Below are positions 17,709 through 25,565 of a DNA stretch of 64,000 bases, in pieces (the first letter of the stretch is position 1; each line of letters starts with the position of its first letter). This DNA is from Methanothrix sp. GTDB lineage: Archaea > Halobacteriota > Methanosarcinia > Methanotrichales > Methanotrichaceae. The notes beneath the pieces are model-generated. The model was not told where the DNA came from. It worked only from the letters and a program-made list of their open reading frames with translations, and searched no databases. The stretch spans positions 352,001 through 416,000 of the forward strand of contig OY821645.1 of NCBI GenBank assembly GCA_963682135.1. Direction: 5' to 3'. The translations under genes were made by a program, and so were the position numbers.

Positions 17709-20378
17709 ATGCCTGCTTCCCCTCTAGCCACCCCGCCCGTCTCCTCCGAAGACGCCGCCATCCTATCTCTATTTCATCCCATCGTGCAGGACTGGTGGCT
17801 CTCTTCTTTCCCATCAGCCGATAGCCTCTTCACCCCGCCCCAGCGCCAGGGCGTGCCCCTCATCGCTCAGGGCAGGAATGTGCTCATAAGCTCGCCCACC
17901 GGCTCGGGAAAGACCCTCTCCGCCTTTATCTCCATCATCAACCAGCTCTTCGTAATGGCAACCAAGGGAGAGCTGGAAGACATGGTCTACTGCCTCTACA
18001 TCTCTCCCCTCAAGTCTCTGGCCAATGATATTCACAGGAACCTGGAGCAGCCTCTCCGGCAGATTCAGAACCTGGCAGAGGAGCGAGGGTTGAAAGTGCA
18101 GGAGATCAGACACGCCATCCGGCATGGAGATGTTTCTGCTCAGGAGAAGGCCCGCATGCTGAAAAGGACGCCGCATATCCTCAACACCACTCCTGAGTCT
18201 CTGGCTATCCTCCTCAGCTCTCCTCGCTTTCGGGAGAAGCTAAGGAGCGTGCGCTGGGTTATCGTGGATGAGATTCACTCCCTGGCCGCCTCCAAGCGCG
18301 GCGTTCATCTCTCCCTCAGCCTGGAACGGCTGGAGGAGCTGAAAAAGGAGCGGCAAGAAAGTTTCGTTCGTATCGGCTGCTCGGCCACCGTTGAACCGCT
18401 GCAAGAGGTGGCAGACTTTCTGGCGGGATACTTGCGGCCTGTGCAGGTAGTGGACTGCCGCTTCTCCCGCTGCTATGATCTGCGCCTGCTCTGTCCTGTG
18501 CCCGATCTCATCCTTGCCGATCAAAAAGATCTGTCCGACCGGCTTTACGATCTGCTGCACCGCCATATTCAGGAGCAGAGGAGCACCCTCATCTTCACCA
18601 ACAGCCGCAATGGCGCAGAACGGGTGCTTCAGAACCTTCGGCTGCGTTTCCCCCCATTTTATAGCAGCGAGAACTCCGCCTGCCACCACGGCTCCATGGG
18701 CCGGGAAGGAAGGCAGGAAACTGAGAGCCGTCTTAAGCAAGGAATGCTGAAGGTTGTCTGCTCCTCTACTTCCCTGGAGATGGGAATCGACATGCCTTAT
18801 ATCGATCTGGTCTTGCAGATCGGCTCGCCCAAATCCGTAGCAGCTCTCTTGCAGCGCTTCGGCAGAGGGGGGCACAGCCTGGACAGGGTCGTAAAAGGCC
18901 GGATAATCGTCCTGGACAGAGAGGAGCTGATGGAGTGCGCTGTGATGCTGGAGAGAGCCAAAGCCGGTGATGTAGACAGAATTCATATTCCCCAAAATGC
19001 CCTGGACGCTCTCTGCCAGCACCTGGTGGGAATGACTCTGGAGAGAGATTGGACTGTTGACGAAGTCCTGCAAGTGGTGAGGAGATCCTACTGCTATCGT
19101 AACCTCCGTGAAGAGGAACTGATGAGCGCTGTGCTCTACCTCTGTGCAGCCCACGAGGGGCAGCAGGAAAGGCAGATCTACCCCAAGATTCGCTACGATG
19201 CCAAAAAGAGGACGATAGGAACGAGAGGCGGCAGCTCTCGCATGATCTACTATACCAACTCTGGCATGATACCCGACCAGTTCACCTGCGATGTGCTCAC
19301 CCGGGAAGGCCGCTTCCTGGGAAGGCTGGATGAGAAATACATGGAGAAGCTGGACAGGGGTGATGTCTTTTCCATGGGAGGAGGAGCCTATTCCTTCTGC
19401 TACCGTCGGGGTGGCAAGATCTATGTGGATGCGGCAGCAGGCCAGCCCAATATCCCCACCTGGTCCTCGGAGAGGCTGCCCTTATCCTTTGACCTGGCAA
19501 GGAGCATTCTATCCTTCAAAAGCGATATGCTCTGGATGATGAAAAATCATAGGCAGGAGGATAAGTATGATGATAATAATAGTAGCGCCATTATCCACTG
19601 GTTGCAGAGCCAGTACCCCATCGACGGGAACAGCGCCCGCTCCATCTGCGAGATCTTTCGCCGGCAGATCGACTTCCTGGGAGAAGATGCCGTTCCCACC
19701 AACTGCAGAATAGTGGTGCAGGAGTGCCTCGACCAGCGGGCGGAGCGCCGGATCTTCTATTTCCTCTCCGGCTACGGCCTGCGCTTCAATGATGGGCTCT
19801 CTCGCATGGTTGCCTACCTGCTGGCCAGGCAGCGGCTGAAGGATATCATCGTCACCGCCGACGACTCGGGCTTTGTGCTCTCCCTTCCCATCTCTTGCAA
19901 GGTTAACATTCCAGGCGTCATCAGCTCCATCCGGGCGGAGAATTGCGAGCAGCTCCTCTACCGGGCGGTGCAGAACACAGGCCTCCTAAAGAGCGTCTTT
20001 CGAATCAATGCCACCCGCTCCTTCATGATCCTGAAGAGCTACAAAGGAAGGCAGAAGAGCGCCCGGCGTCAGCAGCTGGATGCCGACATGCTCATCGGCT
20101 TTGCCGGGAAGCTGGATGATTTTGCAGTGCTGCGGGAGAGCTTCCGGGAGATCATCGAGGACCGGTTTGAGATAGAGAACATCAGAGAGGTGCTGCGCGG
20201 ACTGGCCAGCAGGCAGATCGAGGTAGTGGTGAAGAGAGGAAAACCGCCCGGCCCGATGGCGTTTGGCCTGGCGGCGGCGACGGGCGCAGGTGAGGAGAGG
20301 CGGGAGCGGATGAGGGAGATGCAGAGGACGGTTATGATAGCGAAAGGGAAGAAAGAGGATTCGGCCAAACCTATTTAA
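17709..20378 (+). CDS. lhr: Lhr-family ATP-dependent DEAD/H helicase
   Basis: SPTGSGKT, YISPLKSLANDI, DEIH, SAT, HHGS, SLEMGID, QRFGRGGH. Length typical of archaeal Lhr-core. Confidence 0.92.
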   Translation: MPASPLATPPVSSEDAAILSLFHPIVQDWWLSSFPSADSLFTPPQRQGVPLIAQGRNVLISSPTGSGKTLSAFISIINQLFVMATKGELEDMVYCLYISPLKSLANDIHRNLEQPLRQIQNLAEERGLKVQEIRHAIRHGDVSAQEKARMLKRTPHILNTTPESLAILLSSPRFREKLRSVRWVIVDEIHSLAASKRGVHLSLSLERLEELKKERQESFVRIGCSATVEPLQEVADFLAGYLRPVQVVDCRFSRCYDLRLLCPVPDLILADQKDLSDRLYDLLHRHIQEQRSTLIFTNSRNGAERVLQNLRLRFPPFYSSENSACHHGSMGREGRQETESRLKQGMLKVVCSSTSLEMGIDMPYIDLVLQIGSPKSVAALLQRFGRGGHSLDRVVKGRIIVLDREELMECAVMLERAKAGDVDRIHIPQNALDALCQHLVGMTLERDWTVDEVLQVVRRSYCYRNLREEELMSAVLYLCAAHEGQQERQIYPKIRYDAKKRTIGTRGGSSRMIYYTNSGMIPDQFTCDVLTREGRFLGRLDEKYMEKLDRGDVFSMGGGAYSFCYRRGGKIYVDAAAGQPNIPTWSSERLPLSFDLARSILSFKSDMLWMMKNHRQEDKYDDNNSSAIIHWLQSQYPIDGNSARSICEIFRRQIDFLGEDAVPTNCRIVVQECLDQRAERRIFYFLSGYGLRFNDGLSRMVAYLLARQRLKDIIVTADDSGFVLSLPISCKVNIPGVISSIRAENCEQLLYRAVQNTGLLKSVFRINATRSFMILKSYKGRQKSARRQQLDADMLIGFAGKLDDFAVLRESFREIIEDRFEIENIREVLRGLASRQIEVVVKRGKPPGPMAFGLAAATGAGEERRERMREMQRTVMIAKGKKEDSAKPI

Positions 20379-20411
20379 ATGCGGAAGTAATCATGGTCTA
20401 AAGAGAATACT

Positions 20412-20648
20412 ATGAGTGAAGTTGCGGCAAAATCAAGTTTTCAGGAACTTCTTGAATCTGTAGAATCTCTGCCCCTTGATGACCAGCAGATGCTCCTCGA
20501 TATCATTAACATGCGCATAATCGAGAAAAGACGCGACGAGCTGATGGCGGATATGGAGGAATCTCTTGAGGCTTACAAGAAAGGCGAGGTCCGAATAGGG
20601 ACAGTCGATGATATCTTGAGAGATCTCGATAAGGATCTGATGGATTGA
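20412..20648 (+). CDS. Putative antitoxin of a type II toxin-antitoxin pair
   Basis: Small acidic protein overlapping the downstream RelE-like gene by 4 bp. Confidence 0.75.
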   Translation: MSEVAAKSSFQELLESVESLPLDDQQMLLDIINMRIIEKRRDELMADMEESLEAYKKGEVRIGTVDDILRDLDKDLMD

Positions 20649-20929
20649 AGAAACTCATTTATGGAAAGACATTTCGTCGAGCCATCAAGAGACATATTCA
20701 ACAGAAACCTGACCTTCGGCATAAGGTTGAGAATGTCCTGAGACTTCTTTCAGATAATCCATTCGATCAATCTCTCCATTCTCACAAATTGAAAGGAAAA
20801 TTGGCACCATTATGGGCCTGTACCGTGGATTTTGATTGCAGAATCCTCTTCATGTTCTTGCCTAATCCAGAGACAGGAGAGGAAGCAATTTTGCTTGTTT
20901 CCGTGGGAACTCACAAAGAGGTTTATTAA
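20645..20929 (+). CDS. RelE/YafQ-family mRNA interferase toxin
   Basis: FRRAIKR...PFDQSLHSHKLKGKL...WAC.VDFDCRILF...LLVSVGTHKEVY. Confidence 0.88.
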   Translation: MKKLIYGKTFRRAIKRHIQQKPDLRHKVENVLRLLSDNPFDQSLHSHKLKGKLAPLWACTVDFDCRILFMFLPNPETGEEAILLVSVGTHKEVY

Positions 20930-20937
20930 AGCGAATA

Positions 20938-23900
20938 TCACAGCTTGCCAATGCATGGCTGACATTCCCTTCGCTCCCAGGGCAAGATGCTGCTCCGGTT
21001 AAAGCTTCCTTCCTGCGGACAGGTAAGGCAATTCGCATCAGGGTTATCCATGAATCGTCCCCATTCCTCTCTGGTCATATTCCGAGTTACGCGGCTGCAA
21101 GCCTCGTCCATGACTTTGCCGTTATTCAATGTCCATATTTGTGCGGCTTTATCGTCGCAGCCAGTTGCAAGTTTGCTGCCATCTGGGCTGAAGGCCACCG
21201 CATTCACTGAGTCATCATGCTCAAGCCTTTGAAACTCTCTTCCTGTTTGTATATCCCACAATCGAGCCGTTTTATCAGAGCTCCCGGTTGCTAGCCAGCG
21301 TCCGTCTGGGCTAAAGGCTACTGCGTTCACTGAGCCATCATGCTTAAAAATCCTCAGCTCTTTGCCCGTCTCTATATCCAACAATCGAGCTGCTTTATCA
21401 AAGCTCCCGGTTGCCAACCAGCGCCCATCAGGACTGAAGGCAAGTGCTGACATCACATAATCGAATGCCAGACGCTTCATCTTTTTTCCGGTTTGAACGT
21501 CGAAGATTTGAATCACCATGGCAAAGGCCGAGACAATTGTGGCCAGCAGTCTCCCATCAGGGCTGAATGCCATCGCCCACACCGATTCATGATTCTCCAA
21601 TCTCTGCAACTCTTTTCTGGTTTGAACATCCCACAATAGAGTTGTATTGTCAGAGCTGACTGTAGCCAAAATTATTGCATCCAAGCTGAATGCCATCTGC
21701 TCCATCGAGCCATCATACTCTGGACTCCTCAGTTCTGTTCCGTTTTCGATATCCCACAGATGGGCTGCATAATAATGATCGATTTTGGCATCATCAACAC
21801 TGATAGTAGCCAATGTTTTTCCGTTAGGGCTGAAGATTACCGAATGCACTCCATCATTATGCACGAGTCTCAATAAACCTCTATTTTTCGGTACATCCCA
21901 CAATCGAACCATCCTGTCAGTGCTACTAGTTGCAATCCAGCTTCCGTCCGGGCTGAATGTCATTGCTTTTACTTCGCCATGATGCTCAAGACTCTGTAGC
22001 TCTTTGCCTGTCTCGACATCCCACAATCGAGCAGCAATGTTTCCGAAGAGAGAGTGGGACTCTTTGTTGCGGGTGACTAATTTTCTTCCGTCCGGGCTAA
22101 ATTTCACCATATCTACTACACCATGATGCTCAAGACTCTGTAGCTCTTTACCTGTCTCGACATCCCACAATCGAGCCATAGTATCATCGCAGCCAGTAGC
22201 CAGCATTCTTCCGTCCGGGCTAAATTCCACCGCATGCACTGATACATGAAGCTCAAGCCTTTGAAGATTTTTTCCTTTTTGAGCATCCCACAAATAAGCA
22301 CGATCTTTGCAGATAGTTGCCAGTTTGCTTCCATCTGGACTGAATGCTACCATTCTCACCCAAGAATCGTGTTTCAGCCTCTGTATCTCTTTTCCGGTTT
22401 GAACATCCCACAGTAGGGTTGTATTATCATTACTAGCCGTAGCCAGCCTGTTCTTATCCCGGTCAAATGCCATCGCTCTGCCCGAGCCATCATTTTCCAG
22501 CCTTAGCAACTCTTTTCCAGTTTGAACATCCCACAAATGAGCCGTATAATCATTGCTGATCGTGGCTAGTCTGTCACCATCTGGGCTGAATGCCATATAA
22601 TTTAAGCTGCTATCATTACCCAGCCTCTTCAGCTCTTTACCGGTTTGGACGTCGTAAATTCGAACCGCATTATAAAAGCTGCTGCTCGTGGCCAGCGATC
22701 TTCCGTCCGGGCTAAAGGCTATCTTTGAAGCTGACTGAAATCCCTTCTGATTGTCATTACGCTCTATCCTCAGCAGCTCTTTGCCAGTTTGAATGCTCCA
22801 AATTCGAACCGTTCCATTATAATCTACTGTTGACGTGGCCAACAATCTTCCGTCTGGGCTAAATGCTACATTATTAACCCAATCGCTATGCTCCAGTTGA
22901 GCAATGCAAAGAGGAAATAGAGCCAGGCTACGTCTGAGTGCTGTGTTTCCTTCAAGCGTCTCTTTATGCCTCATAGATTCAACTGCCAGAAGAACGCTCT
23001 CTGTCAATGATCCGGCAACGCCTCTCATCTGCTCTGATTGCGCGGCTAGGCTTCTAGCCAGGGCTTCCGCCGTTTTTTCATTTGCCTGCTCTTTCTGATA
23101 TTGAGCAACTACTGCAGCGCACAGGGCAATGGTAGCAATGATAGCCAATACTTTTATGTACCGCCATCTAGTTCTCTCTTTCTCCGCCTTTGCTCTCTCT
23201 TCCTTCTCTCGCTCCCTTTCCCTCAAGCCCAGGCTGGCATTGATGAACTCCTGGTCAGCCTCGCCTAGGTCCTTCTCCCGCTCCTTTTGCCACCGCTCCG
23301 CCTCATCGAGCCGACTGCCCCGCAGCAGCCGGCCTTCGTCTCGACCGGACAGATCGGATGGTGAAGTCTGCTGCCATTCCCGTGCGTCCTTCTCCAGCTC
23401 CCTCTCCCAGGCCAGAAAGCTTCGATCTTTCTTCAGCCAGCGCTGGAGAAGCGCCCACTCCCGGATTAGAGAGTCGTGGATGATCTGTACGGTCTCTTCT
23501 CCATTGTCTAAATAGGTGGTCACGAGCCTGGCATCTGCCAGCCGCTGCACAACCTTTTGCACAGTCTCCCGCTCATTTTCGTCGTTTTCGTCATGCAAAA
23601 AGTCCGCCAGCCTTCTCTGCCTGCGGCTGTCCGGCAGCCTTTGCTTCTCGTCTCCCAGGTTGACCAGATCGGTGAGGATTCGCCTGGCAACTGCTCCGCG
23701 CCCCTCCTTCTCCAGGCTCCGGCAGACCTGATCCGCCCACGATGTTAAGCTGCCCGTCACCTTGCCTATGGTCTGGTAAGCATGGTGAGTGAGCAGGCCC
23801 TGCTCCCGCCTCTCCCAGAGCTGGGTGAGGGCAAACTCCAACAGCGGCAAGACTGTGCTCCTGCCCGCACGCGCGTTGCCCTCGCGGCTGCTCTCCAGGA

Positions 23901-25185
23901 CATCGTTGATGATCACCTCGGTTAGGCCTTCCTCCAGATGCAGGCCAACGCGGCGGGCAGGCTGCTGGATTATCTCACGCAGCTCCTCATACTCCAGGTT
24001 GGAGCCCACCTGGAAGAAGCCGCGCTGGGTCCATGCCAGAACCGCAGGGGGCGCATCATCGGCAAAGCGGCTGAAGAAATCATCCCGCATTACGGCAAGA
24101 ACATAGATCTCAATATCCGAATCAAGTAGATCCTCGAGCTCGGACCAGAAATTGCGGCGAATATCTGATGGACAGGTGACCAGAAACTCCTCAAACTGAT
24201 CCAGTATGACAAGCAGCTTCTCCTGGCCGGGGTTCCTTGATATCCAGCCCCTTGCGGCCTCTGCGAGGCCAGCGAAAGCTCCCCTCAGCCCTGCTCTCTC
24301 CAAGTTATCGAAGGGCCGGTCAGCAGGCTGGGCCAAAATTATTCCCCAGCGATCGCTCCCCGGAACAGAGCCACGTCGAAGCTGCGGGATGAGGCCCGCC
24401 TGCACCACAGAGGATTTGCCGCTTCCTGAAGGGCCCATGACCAGAAGGAAGCGCGGCCTGGCACGCAAGGCCTCCTCCAGCCCCTCCACCAGATGCCTTC
24501 GCCCGAAGAAGAACTCCGCCTCTTTTTCCGTAAAAGGGGAAAGGCCCATGTAAGGCCGCACATTGGAAGGCACAAGCTGCGGATAGATGGATATGAGCGT
24601 CTCGGCGGGTGTGATGAAAGCCGTATCTGCCAGTCTTCCGAATCTGTCGGGCGCAGCGATGGATGTGACCATGCCCACCACCCGGCGTGCCTGCATATCG
24701 AAGATGGGCGCCCCGGAAAAGCCGGGCGTGATCTCGGAGCTCTTCACCTGCAGAACCCTGATTCCAAGAATTGTCGTCTTATCCATCAGCCGGCCTTCTC
24801 CGCAGATGCCCTCTTCCTGACTCTGATCAGGAAAGCCGAATGTCTGAAGATCATGGCCTGCAGCTCCATCGGAGCAGCCGATAGAAAGAGGTACGACCTC
24901 CGGTGGCAGCGGCCCTTCCAGTTGCAGCAGAGTCACATCCTCAGTCTCTGCCGCCCGCCAGGCCTGCGGCAGCAGCCGTGCTGTTCCTCTCTGGCCATTG
25001 ACGCGAAAGATTACCTCTATTTTCTCCGGCTTGGAATAGACTCGCGCCTGCAATTTCTCAGCTTGAATGACATGCGAGCAGGTGGCAATGATCCCCTTTT
25101 CCGACAGGACAAAACCGGTTCCTGTGGTAGTCGTGCCATCTGCGGCCAGTATTCTGACTATCCCTGCCTTGAGGTCAAAGGGCAT
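20938..25185 (-). CDS. Trypsin-like serine protease + nSTAND1-type NTPase + TM helix + 14 WD40 repeats
   Basis: Triad motifs TCSHV, EDVTLL and PGFSGAP. PYMGL..F...EAEFFFGR, Walker A GPSGSGKSS, Walker B LLVILDQFEE, LPLLEFALTQLW, IHDSLIREW. Hydrophobic VLAIIATIALCAAVVA. Fourteen AFSPDG-type repeats. Confidence 0.93.
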   Translation of the reverse strand: MPFDLKAGIVRILAADGTTTTGTGFVLSEKGIIATCSHVIQAEKLQARVYSKPEKIEVIFRVNGQRGTARLLPQAWRAAETEDVTLLQLEGPLPPEVVPLSIGCSDGAAGHDLQTFGFPDQSQEEGICGEGRLMDKTTILGIRVLQVKSSEITPGFSGAPIFDMQARRVVGMVTSIAAPDRFGRLADTAFITPAETLISIYPQLVPSNVRPYMGLSPFTEKEAEFFFGRRHLVEGLEEALRARPRFLLVMGPSGSGKSSVVQAGLIPQLRRGSVPGSDRWGIILAQPADRPFDNLERAGLRGAFAGLAEAARGWISRNPGQEKLLVILDQFEEFLVTCPSDIRRNFWSELEDLLDSDIEIYVLAVMRDDFFSRFADDAPPAVLAWTQRGFFQVGSNLEYEELREIIQQPARRVGLHLEEGLTEVIINDVLESSREGNARAGRSTVLPLLEFALTQLWERREQGLLTHHAYQTIGKVTGSLTSWADQVCRSLEKEGRGAVARRILTDLVNLGDEKQRLPDSRRQRRLADFLHDENDENERETVQKVVQRLADARLVTTYLDNGEETVQIIHDSLIREWALLQRWLKKDRSFLAWERELEKDAREWQQTSPSDLSGRDEGRLLRGSRLDEAERWQKEREKDLGEADQEFINASLGLREREREKEERAKAEKERTRWRYIKVLAIIATIALCAAVVAQYQKEQANEKTAEALARSLAAQSEQMRGVAGSLTESVLLAVESMRHKETLEGNTALRRSLALFPLCIAQLEHSDWVNNVAFSPDGRLLATSTVDYNGTVRIWSIQTGKELLRIERNDNQKGFQSASKIAFSPDGRSLATSSSFYNAVRIYDVQTGKELKRLGNDSSLNYMAFSPDGDRLATISNDYTAHLWDVQTGKELLRLENDGSGRAMAFDRDKNRLATASNDNTTLLWDVQTGKEIQRLKHDSWVRMVAFSPDGSKLATICKDRAYLWDAQKGKNLQRLELHVSVHAVEFSPDGRMLATGCDDTMARLWDVETGKELQSLEHHGVVDMVKFSPDGRKLVTRNKESHSLFGNIAARLWDVETGKELQSLEHHGEVKAMTFSPDGSWIATSSTDRMVRLWDVPKNRGLLRLVHNDGVHSVIFSPNGKTLATISVDDAKIDHYYAAHLWDIENGTELRSPEYDGSMEQMAFSLDAIILATVSSDNTTLLWDVQTRKELQRLENHESVWAMAFSPDGRLLATIVSAFAMVIQIFDVQTGKKMKRLAFDYVMSALAFSPDGRWLATGSFDKAARLLDIETGKELRIFKHDGSVNAVAFSPDGRWLATGSSDKTARLWDIQTGREFQRLEHDDSVNAVAFSPDGSKLATGCDDKAAQIWTLNNGKVMDEACSRVTRNMTREEWGRFMDNPDANCLTCPQEGSFNRSSILPWERRECQPCIGKL

Positions 25186-25192
25186 TTTTCTG

Positions 25193-25522
25193 CTATCCCT
25201 TCTTCTCTCGCACCCATTTCAGATTGATCTTGAAGTTGGCCTCAGCCCCTACTTTGGTAATGATAACCCCAGTATCAGCCTTCAGGGTCAGACCGAACTC
25301 CACCGTCGCCTCCTGCGGAGGATTGCTGATGTTTATGAGCTTGGAGACAATGCTGCTCGCTATGGGGCTGAGGCTGTTTATGGTCGCCTCAAAGGACTGA
25401 GCCGCTTCATCGGGAAGGCTACGTCCGGCTTTGACCAGCCCACCTCTCTCGACATCCGAAACCTCCGTCTCAATAAATACAAAACCGCCAGATTCCAGAG
25501 GATATTTGACAAGATCTCTCAT
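25193..25522 (-). CDS. Trypsin-co-occurring domain protein (Trypco1 / CU044_2847-like)
   Basis: 109 aa with the pattern GGFVFIE...SFEATI...PQEATVEFGLTLKADTGVIITKVGAEANFKINLKW, located 7 bp upstream of the trypsin-STAND gene. Confidence 0.82.
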   Translation of the reverse strand: MRDLVKYPLESGGFVFIETEVSDVERGGLVKAGRSLPDEAAQSFEATINSLSPIASSIVSKLINISNPPQEATVEFGLTLKADTGVIITKVGAEANFKINLKWVREKKG

Positions 25523-25565
25523 GGTTTTAATCTGTGTTTTTATTACAATTAATAATCTTTCTCAA

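Noticed and set aside
16951-20378. queC plus helicase as a Qat/Dpd-like defence system
   Set aside because: QueC is canonical in length and motifs and is expected for archaeosine synthesis. Lhr is a common archaeal helicase. No qat or dpd partners are present.
20938-25185. Diversity-generating retroelement acting on the WD40 repeats
   Set aside because: No reverse transcriptase in the window and no template/variable repeat pair with adenine-specific differences.
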